A stretch of 64,000 bases of DNA, from positions 6,806 through 70,805 of the forward strand of contig JBBTUX010000002.1 of NCBI GenBank assembly GCA_038063555.1. The letters run 5' to 3'. A model generated the notes under the pieces. The model ran no database searches. It was not told the origin of the DNA and saw only the letters and a program-made list of their open reading frames with translations. Every line of letters starts with the position of its first letter. Within the stretch, counting starts at the first letter, position 1. This stretch comes from Patescibacteria group bacterium (GTDB lineage: Bacteria > Patescibacteriota > Minisyncoccia > Phycocordibacterales > JAKFXT01). The position numbers and the translations under genes are program-made. Shown piece after piece: positions 40,235-49,579 of this stretch.

Positions 40235-41515
40235 ATGAATTCACCATATCCCAAACACCACTTAGTAAATATAGGCCATATACCCACCTGCCAAGTCTGT
40301 AATTCTAAAAAGCTTCATACTATTTTAGACTTGGGTCATCAACCGCTTTGTGACACCTTGCTTTCAAAGGAAGACCTTGATCGACCTGAAAAAACATATC
40401 CACTTCGAATGATTTGGTGCGAAAATTGTACTAATTCCCAGATAGATTACTGCGTTGATGGAAATGAGGTTTATCATCCGGGTTATCCTTACAAGAGCGG
40501 TGTTACCAGAGAACTGGTTGAGTATCAGGTAAAAATTGCCGAAAGTCTCATAAAGAAATACAGTCTTAAAAAGAGAGATTTAGTTGTTGATGTTGGATCA
40601 AACGACGGCACGCTTCTTAGTGGCTTTAAGGGCACGGGCATAAAAGTTCTTGGCGTGGAGCCGACGAACATCGCAAAAATCGCAAATAAAAACGGTATTG
40701 ATACCGTGCAAGCATTCTTTGATATCAAAACCTCCAAGGCAATCAAAAAGAAATATGGTCAGGCCTCTTTGATTGTGACCACAAATACTTTTGCCCATAT
40801 GCGAACACTCGGTGAAGTAATTATGGGAGCTTATAATTTACTTAAAGATAATGGAGTTTTTGTAATTGAGAACCATTATCTTTTGGATGTTATTCAAGGC
40901 GGACAATTTGATACGGTTTACCACGAACACTTGAGAACCTATTCATTGAAATCTCTCACCAAATTATTTGACCAATACGATTTTACAGTTACGGACGTGG
41001 AAAGAGGAGATAGGTATGGCGGAAATATTCGCGTACATGTTACAAAAGGCAAAGGAAGGAAGATTTCTCCGGAAGTTAATAAATTACTGAAACTTGAAGA
41101 AAAATCCGGACTCAATGAGCTTGCTACATATACTAAATTTGCTAAAAGAGTAAAAAAAGCGCGTATAAATTTTATGGATTTTCTAATTTCTACTAAAAAA
41201 TCTGGCAAACATATAGTCGGCGATGCCGCCCCAGGTCGTTGTGTTACGCTGTTTAATTATTATGGAGTTGATTCGGAGTTCATTCCTTATATTACTGAGC
41301 AGCCAGCTTCTTTAAAACTGAACATGTACTTACCCGGTAAACATATTCCGATCATTAATAATCAAAGGCTAATGGATGAACAGCCAGATTATGTAATTAT
41401 GCTGGCCTGGCATTATGCAAAAGCAATTATGCCAAAACTAAAAGCTCGGGGATTAAAATCAGATTTTGTTATTCCTTTACCTGACTTTCGTATAGTAAAA
41501 AATTCTGAAGTATAA
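40235..41515 (+). CDS. NDP-sugar C-methyltransferase family protein
   Basis: CQVC/CENC Zn site, DLGHQP, DVGSNDG, FDTVYHEH, GG.IR, LAWHY, FVIPLP. Confidence 0.88.
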   Translation: MNSPYPKHHLVNIGHIPTCQVCNSKKLHTILDLGHQPLCDTLLSKEDLDRPEKTYPLRMIWCENCTNSQIDYCVDGNEVYHPGYPYKSGVTRELVEYQVKIAESLIKKYSLKKRDLVVDVGSNDGTLLSGFKGTGIKVLGVEPTNIAKIANKNGIDTVQAFFDIKTSKAIKKKYGQASLIVTTNTFAHMRTLGEVIMGAYNLLKDNGVFVIENHYLLDVIQGGQFDTVYHEHLRTYSLKSLTKLFDQYDFTVTDVERGDRYGGNIRVHVTKGKGRKISPEVNKLLKLEEKSGLNELATYTKFAKRVKKARINFMDFLISTKKSGKHIVGDAAPGRCVTLFNYYGVDSEFIPYITEQPASLKLNMYLPGKHIPIINNQRLMDEQPDYVIMLAWHYAKAIMPKLKARGLKSDFVIPLPDFRIVKNSEV

Positions 41516-41534
41516 GAGCGGAATTTAATCTTGT

Positions 41535-42482
41535 ATGTCACGTCTAAAAATCGCTGTTTTGGGAGCCAGTGGTATTGGTAAATTCTACGTAAGAGAATTT
41601 TTGCATGCAGGAGCGGAGGTAGTGGCAATTTTGGGAAGTAGTAAGGAGACTGCAGAAAAAACTGTCGCCAAACTTTCTTCAGAATATATTTTTTCGCCTA
41701 AAGCGTACTTTGATTTGGATATGCTTATACAAAATGAGTCACTCGATGCAGTTAGTGTATGTACCCCTCCCGAATTTCATTACCCACAGGTAAAGAGGTG
41801 CCTTGAAGCGGGTTTACATGTTTTATGCGAAAAGCCATTTATTTTAGATTCTGAATGTGATAACAGCCAAAAAACTACTGAGCTTGTTAAGCTGGCTGAA
41901 AAGAAAAAATTGGTGCTCGGGGTGAATATGCAGTGGCCTTCGGTTTTAAAATATTTTAAGCCCTTTGTTGACTTGTCCAATGTTCAAGATTTTTTTATGT
42001 TTATGCAACCAAGTGTCAAAGGGAAAGAGATGCTTATTGAACAGCTCTCCCATATGAACAGTGTTCTTATAAGACTCATCCCGAATGGTAAAGCCGAGAA
42101 AATAGAATTCTCAACACAAGCACCAGAGGCGGAAGAAATTGATGTCCATTTTGGGTATTTTAATAAAAACTCTAAGAGCAAGGTTCATTACAAATTCAAA
42201 CATAAAGCAGACAGGCCAAGGGACATTCGATTTTCTATTAATGGAATTGAATTTAAAAGGCATGTAGGGGAAGATTATAAGCAGAAATTCATAACCGATA
42301 AAAATGAGATTGATATAGAAGATCCTTTCAAAATTTCAATCGGAATGTTTATTGGGGCAATAGAAGGCAAGGGCTCTCCATTAATAAGCGGGGAAGAGAT
42401 AATTGAAAATATTGCATTACAAGACAGAATAATTGCAGAATATACAAAACGCACAATTATGCCGATAAGATTGACTTTGTGA
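41535..42482 (+). CDS. Gfo/Idh/MocA oxidoreductase
   Basis: GASGIG, DAVSVCTP, GLHVLCEKP. Confidence 0.85.
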   Translation: MSRLKIAVLGASGIGKFYVREFLHAGAEVVAILGSSKETAEKTVAKLSSEYIFSPKAYFDLDMLIQNESLDAVSVCTPPEFHYPQVKRCLEAGLHVLCEKPFILDSECDNSQKTTELVKLAEKKKLVLGVNMQWPSVLKYFKPFVDLSNVQDFFMFMQPSVKGKEMLIEQLSHMNSVLIRLIPNGKAEKIEFSTQAPEAEEIDVHFGYFNKNSKSKVHYKFKHKADRPRDIRFSINGIEFKRHVGEDYKQKFITDKNEIDIEDPFKISIGMFIGAIEGKGSPLISGEEIIENIALQDRIIAEYTKRTIMPIRLTL

Positions 42483-42545
42483 CTTCAGCGAAGTTTGACG
42501 TGTTTTCCAGTGTATTGGTTTGGGAAATAAAGGATAAATAGAATG

Positions 42546-42820
42546 ATCCCGTACGAAATTCATGTTCTATACTTACATACTGAAAAGTAAAATGAATGGT
42601 AGATTATATACCGGGTACACTAATGATTTACGGAAACGTTTTAATCAACATAATGAAAAAAGATCAAAATATACAAAATACCGGGGGCCGTACAATCTCA
42701 TTTATTATGAAGCGTGCGTGGATGAAAATGACGCAAGGTCGAGAGAGTTATATCTTAAATCAGGTAGGGGTAAGCGTTATCTTAAATCAAGATTAAAACG
42801 TTTCCTATTTTGTACGGGAT
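42546..42820. mobile_element. GIY-YIG mini-cassette with 14-bp terminal inverted repeats
   Basis: ATCCCGTACGAAAT (42546-42559) and ATTTTGTACGGGAT (42807-42820), 13/14 complementary. Confidence 0.55.
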
Positions 42821-42822
42821 GA
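42562..42822 (+). CDS. small GIY-YIG nuclease
   Basis: FYTYIL..LYTGYTNDL..R...H, YYEA, ARSRE.YLK. Confidence 0.9.
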   Translation: MFYTYILKSKMNGRLYTGYTNDLRKRFNQHNEKRSKYTKYRGPYNLIYYEACVDENDARSRELYLKSGRGKRYLKSRLKRFLFCTG

Positions 42823-44081
42823 AGATTGTATTTCTACAAGATGATTTTCCACCACAAAGTTTTGGTGGAGCAGGGATTTCTACTTTTGAACTTGCACTCG
42901 GTATGAAGAATGCTGGTCATGATATTTTTGTTATTACCACCTGCAGGAAACAAGGCGATGCGGGTGAAAGTGATTATCAGGGTTTAAAGATTTTCAAAAT
43001 ATTAAGCAACTACCATCCGAGGTGGCGCGCGTATCTGAGTATTTATAACAGGCCTGTAATCAAAGAAGTGGAGAAAATACTGGAGAAAATAAAGCCAGAT
43101 ATTGTACATGCCAATAATATTCACTTCTATCTTTCATATTGCACATTGCAAGTGGCAAAGAAATACTCCAAAGCAGTGGTAATAACCCTAAGAGATGCCA
43201 TGTCTATTTGTTATGGGAAGTTAGAGACGAAACAGTATTTGGAGAATTTTAATTGTCGCACTACCTGGCGCGATCATATAAGCCAAGCGAGAAAGAGATG
43301 GAATCCTTTTCGCAACTTTTTTATTAAAAGATATCTTAAGTATGCAAGTAAAATATTTGCAATTAGCAAGTCGTTACAAAATGCTCTTTTCCAAAACGGT
43401 ATCAAAAATGTTGATGTTATATACAACGGAATTAATGTTCGCGAATGGAATGTTGAAGCAAATGCTGTTACACAATTTCAATCTAAATATGATTTGCATG
43501 CAAAAAAAGTTCTTCTCTTTAGCGGACGGCTCGGTGCATCAAAGGGCGGAGCGAAAGCTCTCGAAGCGCTAGTCATAATAGTTAGAGAGATACCTGACGT
43601 GGTGCTTTTGGTTGCTGGAAGTGTTGACGAGTACGCGCGTGTGATGAAAGAGTACGCAAGGAGGTTGAATGTAGAAAAAAACCTGATTTTTACGGGTTGG
43701 ATTGAAAGAGAGGAAATCAAAGTTGCTTATGCCGTTTCTGATATTGTGCTGATGCCATCCGTTTATCTTGACGCTTTTGGTAGAGTGAATATTGAAGCGA
43801 TGGCTTCGAGGAAACCGGTGGTCGGCACTTGCTACGGAGGAACTCCCGAAATTGTTGTTGATGGAGTTACAGGTTACATCGTGAATCCATGTTATCCAGA
43901 GAGAATAGCTGAAAAAATAATTGAGTTACTCAAAAATCCTAAAATGGCGGAGGAATTTGGTGATGCTGGATACGAAAGAGTAAAGACCCATTTCAACCTT
44001 GAAAGGAGTGTTGAGCAGCATCTTTCCCAATATGATATGTTACTTAATACGAGCCGTGTTAGTAGTAGACAAAAGACATAA
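42819..44081 (+). CDS. glycosyltransferase family 4
   Basis: GGAG, GRL..SKG, PS..DAFGRVNIEAMA; ATG at 42819. Confidence 0.9.
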   Translation: MKIVFLQDDFPPQSFGGAGISTFELALGMKNAGHDIFVITTCRKQGDAGESDYQGLKIFKILSNYHPRWRAYLSIYNRPVIKEVEKILEKIKPDIVHANNIHFYLSYCTLQVAKKYSKAVVITLRDAMSICYGKLETKQYLENFNCRTTWRDHISQARKRWNPFRNFFIKRYLKYASKIFAISKSLQNALFQNGIKNVDVIYNGINVREWNVEANAVTQFQSKYDLHAKKVLLFSGRLGASKGGAKALEALVIIVREIPDVVLLVAGSVDEYARVMKEYARRLNVEKNLIFTGWIEREEIKVAYAVSDIVLMPSVYLDAFGRVNIEAMASRKPVVGTCYGGTPEIVVDGVTGYIVNPCYPERIAEKIIELLKNPKMAEEFGDAGYERVKTHFNLERSVEQHLSQYDMLLNTSRVSSRQKT

Positions 44082-44093
44082 ATCTGGAAAAAT

Positions 44094-44915
44094 ATGCCAA
44101 AAAATAAACTTTTTTCTCGCGAGCACAGAAATGAAAATAAACTGGTGAAGGTTGGGAAAGTGGTAATTGGTGGACCGGAGTTTATTGTTATGGCTGGACC
44201 ATGTGCGGTTGAGAATCTAAAGCAAATACAGAAAATTGCCTTTAGCGTTAAAAGCTCCGGCGCCGAAGTTTTGCGAGGCGGGGCTTGGAAGCCAAGATCT
44301 TCCCCTTATAGTTTCCAAGGTTTGGAAACTGAAGGTCTAGAATATTTAAAAAAAGCAGCAGAAGAAAACAACCTCTTAATAGTAAGTGAGATAATGGATC
44401 ACCGTGATATTCCGCTTTTCTTGGAAAATGTGGACATTTTGCAAGTTGGAGCCAGAAATATGCACAATTTCACTCTTCTCAAAGAGCTAGGTAAAATTAA
44501 TAAACCAATCTTGTTAAAACGTGGCATGAGCGCGACTATAGATGAATTTTTACATGCGGCAGAATATATTCTCTCTGGAGGAAACGAAAACGTTATTCTT
44601 TGTGAACGTGGCATTCGTACTTTTGAAACGGCAACCAGGAATACTTTAGATATTTCGGCTATACCAATTGTTAAAAAACTTTCCCATTTACCAATAATAG
44701 TTGATCCAAGTCATGCTGCCGGGAAGAACAAAGAAATCATTCCCGCTCTGTGTAGGGCGGCTTTAGCCGCGGGTGCCGATGGTCTTTTGCTTGAAGTCCA
44801 TCATGACGCCGATAATGCGCTTTGCGATGGAGATCAGGCGCTTTCCGAAAAAGAATTTGCCGATCTTATGATTGATCTTAAAAAAGTTGCTCCAGTTTTT
44901 GGTAGAAAAATATGA
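44094..44915 (+). CDS. aroF: 3-deoxy-7-phosphoheptulonate (DAHP) synthase, class I-beta, no regulatory domain
   Basis: AGPCAVE, GGAWKPRSSPYSFQG, QVGARNM, LLKRG, LCERG, DPSH, CDGDQ. Confidence 0.88.
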   Translation: MPKNKLFSREHRNENKLVKVGKVVIGGPEFIVMAGPCAVENLKQIQKIAFSVKSSGAEVLRGGAWKPRSSPYSFQGLETEGLEYLKKAAEENNLLIVSEIMDHRDIPLFLENVDILQVGARNMHNFTLLKELGKINKPILLKRGMSATIDEFLHAAEYILSGGNENVILCERGIRTFETATRNTLDISAIPIVKKLSHLPIIVDPSHAAGKNKEIIPALCRAALAAGADGLLLEVHHDADNALCDGDQALSEKEFADLMIDLKKVAPVFGRKI

Positions 44916-44930
44916 CGCATATTAACAAAT

Positions 44931-44964
44931 AAAAAAACGCACAGGCCGGTTTTTGGCCCATGCG
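44931..44964 (-). terminator. intrinsic terminator for the kdsB-kdsC pair
   Basis: CGCA..GGCC/GGCC..TGCG hairpin plus T7 on the minus strand. Confidence 0.55.
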
Positions 44965-44976
44965 GTCGTGTGGAAC

Positions 44977-45624
44977 TCAGCCCAGGGTTCTGTGTCGAGC
45001 AATAATGGGTTTCCATAGCCCTTTGACGTCAAGTAGCATCTGCAGGACTTCCCGCACAACGCCATAGCCACCTTTTGCTTTGGTGACATAGTCCACTTCG
45101 GCTCTTGCCTCCGGTGCTGCGTCTTGCGGAGCAGCAGAGAATCCCGCACGGCGAATGAGGGAAATATCCTGAATATCGTTCCCGATAAACAAGACTTCAT
45201 CCCACCCGATGTCAAACTCTTTCAGCAGTGCTTCAACTGCGGCGACCTTATCTTCGACGCCCTGTAGGCACCGAGCACCAAGATCTTCAGCTCGTTGTCG
45301 CACTGTTGGAGACTTGCGCCCGCTGATGAGAACAACAGGTATATCGTGTCTCAGGCATTCCTTGATAACAATGCCGTCGCCAGTAAAGAAGAAGTACCCC
45401 TCAATTCGGCCGTCGGCACCAGATGATAGTTGAAGGAACCTCTCGCTCGGCACGCCGTCGCCATTGCATGGGACGAGCTTTTGAGTAATCCCGGCTGTTT
45501 CAATGTTAAGTCCATCCGATGTTTTGGAAATATAAAACCTGTCATCGGTGTGGACGCCGTCTACGTCCGTTACCGCCATGCGCACTTTTTGAAGTGCGAC
45601 ATTATTGCTATTTCCATGCATCAT
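44977..45624 (-). CDS. kdsC: KdsC-family HAD phosphatase (with ~40-aa insertion)
   Basis: DVDGVHTD, ISGR, GNDIQD, GGYGVVREV. Confidence 0.8.
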   Translation of the reverse strand: MMHGNSNNVALQKVRMAVTDVDGVHTDDRFYISKTSDGLNIETAGITQKLVPCNGDGVPSERFLQLSSGADGRIEGYFFFTGDGIVIKECLRHDIPVVLISGRKSPTVRQRAEDLGARCLQGVEDKVAAVEALLKEFDIGWDEVLFIGNDIQDISLIRRAGFSAAPQDAAPEARAEVDYVTKAKGGYGVVREVLQMLLDVKGLWKPIIARHRTLG

Positions 45625-46390
45625 GATCTCCTTTTTGTTGTCGTGCGACCATGATGGTGCGCACCTGTTCTAGTTCGTCAGGCATGTTCACGCCCAAATT
45701 TTTCCAATCGCCCTTAACGACACGTATACGGACGCCGTTTTCAAGAATTCGCATTTGCTCCACCCCCTCACGTAATTCAAGAGGAGTCCGGGACATTTGC
45801 AGAAATTCGTACAAAAATTCACGTCTAACTACCATAACTCCGATTACATGATAAAGGTCAACTGGAGAGTTGGTGCTATGCGCAAAGGGGACTGGGGCTC
45901 TAGAAAATGACAATACATTATTTTTTAAATCTGTCAAAACCTTGACGACACTTGGAGAGCGCCACATTTCTTCATCATGGATTTTGTCTGCAGCAATGGA
46001 CACCTGGAGCTCGGGGTCTTCCTGAAGTAGAGCCACACATTGATCTATTGCTTCGGCTGGGTAGAGAGGTTCGTCTCCCCAAATGATTGCAATAACATCA
46101 GGAGTGAATTCGGTAAATAATTTAGTCGCGGCGCCGGCGCGATCGCTTCCTGTGGGTAGCTCGCTTGGTGTCATGATGACCGGTACTCCTAAAGGTTTCA
46201 CTATATTTGCAATACGTTCGGAGTCAGTTGCAACCACCAGCGCATCCAAAAGATGCGCTTTCTTTGTACGATCTATTGTGTGTTGTATAAGGGGCTTGCC
46301 AGATATATCGGCGAGCATTTTTTCTGGGATTCGGGTAGAGCCTAGGCGGGCGGGGATTATCCCAAGAACTTTAAGGCGGGGGTTTTGCAT
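45608..46390 (-). CDS. kdsB: 3-deoxy-manno-octulosonate cytidylyltransferase family
   Basis: IIPARLGSTR.P.KML, VATD, TGSDR, GDEP, VKV, FSRAPVP, E.VEQMRILENG. Confidence 0.88.
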   Translation of the reverse strand: MQNPRLKVLGIIPARLGSTRIPEKMLADISGKPLIQHTIDRTKKAHLLDALVVATDSERIANIVKPLGVPVIMTPSELPTGSDRAGAATKLFTEFTPDVIAIIWGDEPLYPAEAIDQCVALLQEDPELQVSIAADKIHDEEMWRSPSVVKVLTDLKNNVLSFSRAPVPFAHSTNSPVDLYHVIGVMVVRREFLYEFLQMSRTPLELREGVEQMRILENGVRIRVVKGDWKNLGVNMPDELEQVRTIMVARQQKGDHDAWK

Positions 46391-46492
46391 ATGTATGGAT
46401 ACTTGGAAATTGTATAGAAAGTTTCGTTGAACAGCAATGTTTATTATACATTCGTATGTGGTTCTATAAATAAATTTTTAAATAAATCAAAT

Positions 46493-46528
46493 AAAAAATG
46501 CATACACTCCGCGAGGAAAATGTATGCA
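46493..46528 (-). terminator. intrinsic terminator candidate
   Basis: TGCATACA/TGTATGCA stem plus T-run on the minus strand. Confidence 0.5.
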
Positions 46529-46559
46529 CGTGATGCTGTACTTAACTTAGTGATGCAGG

Positions 46560-47678
46560 TCAACTTCTTGGCTTGGAAGCGACTTCTTCCAGATAATCGC
46601 AGACCCGGCCGAGGGATTTCTGTGGAGGAATAAAGCGACTTTCAAGCTCTCGTCCCCACTCATCGTCCAATGTTCGAGAGAGCTCCGCAATGGCTTCCTC
46701 CCCGTCGCGTGCGCAAAGAGAACGCCCATCGGCTACGTCTCCCCAATAGGGCCATTTCTGGAGAAGTTCTTTTTCGAAATACTTCCGCCCCCGCCCGCCG
46801 AAATTCCGAATCACCACGTTTCCGAGGAGAACGGCTTTGAGACCTTCCACTGAAAGGCTTCCGGCAAAGACTGCGTCCGCCGCGATGTTTAGAACTTCAG
46901 AGGACGGCGCCCCATGGACTTTGCTCAAAACACGCAACGTCCGTGGTGCCCACTTTCGAATCCTCCCCATTTCGTTCTTGCAAAAATCGGGGTTATCGAA
47001 ACTTGTGTTGAGAGCTGGGTGAAGTCTGGGAATAAAAACGAGGGGGTGTATTTCCGAAACCTCTGTAACCGCTTTCAGAACCATCTCGCAATCTTCGGCG
47101 TAGAGGTCTCGAATGCCGTGGGACCACCAGAGCACAATCTTTTCCTCTTCTGATATCCCATTGTCTTTCCGGAATGTCAGCCGTATTTCCTCCCGTTGCG
47201 GGAGAAGCTCAAGAAGGCCGTCGAAGAGAGGTTGGCCGACGACTTTCACAGCGCGCGAATCCATGGAAGGATGCATTTTGCGAATGGCATCTGCATGTCC
47301 TTCGTTAATTGCACACCAGTTTCCATACCCCACTTCGCGCCACATCGGAAAGGCGTGATTGAAGTAATTGTCGGCCGGGAAGAACAGAGGGATCTTCATT
47401 GTGGAAACGACATCGGCAACTTCTCGGCAGAGATTTGGATTGGCTTGCACATCGAGACCAACCGAAATCGCGTCGAACTTGGAGTATGAGTAGAAATCCG
47501 ATGCCGAACGCGCCAAGAAAGGATTTCCGACACCTCCCTTGGCGAAGATGTTTGTTGCTTGCCCTCTGGAATCGGCCAGAAGTTGCACATTATGCCCCCG
47601 ACGAATCATTTCTCTTGCCAACGCCAAGTGGACGTTAGCGCTTCCTCCATCGGCGGAAACGAACAAGAATTTTTTCAT
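46560..47678 (-). CDS. hypothetical protein, possibly GT-B-fold (ulosonic-acid transferase-like)
   Basis: SADGGSAN, VVGQP.FD, RLHP, S.S.EG..AVLLG pattern; adjacent to kdsB. Confidence 0.5.
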   Translation of the reverse strand: MKKFLFVSADGGSANVHLALAREMIRRGHNVQLLADSRGQATNIFAKGGVGNPFLARSASDFYSYSKFDAISVGLDVQANPNLCREVADVVSTMKIPLFFPADNYFNHAFPMWREVGYGNWCAINEGHADAIRKMHPSMDSRAVKVVGQPLFDGLLELLPQREEIRLTFRKDNGISEEEKIVLWWSHGIRDLYAEDCEMVLKAVTEVSEIHPLVFIPRLHPALNTSFDNPDFCKNEMGRIRKWAPRTLRVLSKVHGAPSSEVLNIAADAVFAGSLSVEGLKAVLLGNVVIRNFGGRGRKYFEKELLQKWPYWGDVADGRSLCARDGEEAIAELSRTLDDEWGRELESRFIPPQKSLGRVCDYLEEVASKPRS

Positions 47679-47804
47679 TTGATGAACCAACCCCTTCTTT
47701 GGTTGTTGGAAAATCTGATGGCATTTAATCATAATTCATAGAAAAGTCAAATTTTTCTCTCTGTGACATTGACCTCTCCTCGTTTGTTGGTAATCTTACT
47801 ATAC

Positions 47805-49568
47805 ATGAAAGAGAAGAAAGTTTTAGTGGTTTTTGGAGAACAACTTCCACCGAAATGGTTGCAATTAAGACATCAATATGACGTCGTAATTACTAGCGAA
47901 AAATTACGACAAAATGTAGAGAAACTCGGCTTTAAATGGACGGATATTGATGGATTAATTGAACCAGGAAGTATTTATGAGGCAAGCACCTTTGCCGAGG
48001 AACTTTCTCACTTGAAATTTTCTGACGGGTCTCGGATTGCCAAGTCATTTCTTTATAAAGGATACGAATTATGGTGGACACATTATGACATGTTGTTTTT
48101 ATACTTTTGTTTACCATATACGAGGTATAGGAAATTACTTGAATATGTAAGAAGTTTTCAGGGTGTTTATTTTTATCGTCCTCCGAATAAAAGTTTGTTT
48201 TCTTGCTATCTAGAAGCATACGGCAGCAAAATGATTGTACTTCAAGAGCCAAGACTCAAAAGCCCATCCTTTCTTCCTTTTGGTGTCTTTCTACAAATTG
48301 TAATTACTCTTTTGTGTTTGCCGATTCTTATATTAAGAAGGTATCATTCCATGATATTTATTGGCGATAAATTTGAAAAAGATAAAGATTATGATTCTAG
48401 GGTGAAGTTTATATATGAAGAGTTGAGACAAAAGAAAATTCCTTTCGTTGAGTTCATTCGCGGTTTGGAATCTTGGAAAACCGTATTAGAGCATGCGTTT
48501 ACAAGAAAGCGTCCAGTCGTTTATTCTGAAGCGGTAGCTTTTGTCGGTCGTTTTATAAGTATTCTCACAGGCGGACATTCTATAGCTAGAAAAAGATTTG
48601 GCTCTCACATTTTTTCTTCTGAAACAGATAGGGAAGCGCGATTTAAATTTTTTGTGGCAACCCAATATCTTTTAGGCGCATACGATGATATTTGGGCGAT
48701 ACGGATTATGAAATGGATTTTGCGTGTGATAGGTGTTAGGGCGGCATTTATTTCGGCGGCTTGTGAACGTAATTTTCACACTGTATTGGGTTGTAAATTA
48801 AATGTCATACCAATAGTTGGTATTTTGCACGGATTCGCTTCAAAGAATTACAATGTATATGATTTTATGCCGGGGTTTGATGGAGAAAAAAGTTTATCCG
48901 TTGATAAGTATGGTCTTTGGAGCGAGTGGTGGAGAGGATATTATATAAAAAATAGTAAAACCTATCGTCCGGAACAGCTTTTTGTTTCTGGTCCAATGAG
49001 ACCCTTGCAAAAACCATTAATTGATTCTGTTTTGAAAACACTTGTTAAACGACAAAAGATAAATGTTCTTTTGGTTTCTGAAATAGTCGCTGTCCCCTCG
49101 GAAGTCATGCCGTATCTGGATGCTCTTTTTGAAGATTCTAATTTTTCTGTTTATATAAAATTTCGTCAAAATAAAGACGCTTTTGAAGAATGGCTAAAGA
49201 TTAATCGTCCTGATGTTTTAGCCAAGCTTGGTAAAGACAGAACTTTGAAAGGGACGATGAATGAAGCTATTGAACTGTGCGATGTTGTAGTCGGTTCCCA
49301 GAGCACTGGAGTTATAGAGGCGACACTTCACGGCAAACCCTTTGTTTTTTTCAACACCAAGAAGTGGGGCGACTATTTTGATTTAAAATCACTTGATTCA
49401 AAATATAATTTCTTTGCAGAAAATCCTAAAGAGTTAGTTAATTACATAAGAGAGAGCGAAAAAATTCCCAAAGAAGTGTTAAAAGATTTTTGTGAAAGAT
49501 TTTTCGGAGACCCACGTAAAAATGGTAGCAAATGGGCTGTCGAAGAATTGGAAAAATTTTCCAAATAG
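47805..49568 (+). CDS. hypothetical capsule-associated protein
   Basis: Long ORF; ILHG and STGVIEA..HGKP, reminiscent of CMP-sugar/TagF-like transferases. Confidence 0.55.
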   Translation: MKEKKVLVVFGEQLPPKWLQLRHQYDVVITSEKLRQNVEKLGFKWTDIDGLIEPGSIYEASTFAEELSHLKFSDGSRIAKSFLYKGYELWWTHYDMLFLYFCLPYTRYRKLLEYVRSFQGVYFYRPPNKSLFSCYLEAYGSKMIVLQEPRLKSPSFLPFGVFLQIVITLLCLPILILRRYHSMIFIGDKFEKDKDYDSRVKFIYEELRQKKIPFVEFIRGLESWKTVLEHAFTRKRPVVYSEAVAFVGRFISILTGGHSIARKRFGSHIFSSETDREARFKFFVATQYLLGAYDDIWAIRIMKWILRVIGVRAAFISAACERNFHTVLGCKLNVIPIVGILHGFASKNYNVYDFMPGFDGEKSLSVDKYGLWSEWWRGYYIKNSKTYRPEQLFVSGPMRPLQKPLIDSVLKTLVKRQKINVLLVSEIVAVPSEVMPYLDALFEDSNFSVYIKFRQNKDAFEEWLKINRPDVLAKLGKDRTLKGTMNEAIELCDVVVGSQSTGVIEATLHGKPFVFFNTKKWGDYFDLKSLDSKYNFFAENPKELVNYIRESEKIPKEVLKDFCERFFGDPRKNGSKWAVEELEKFSK

Positions 49569-49579
49569 ATTCACTAAAG

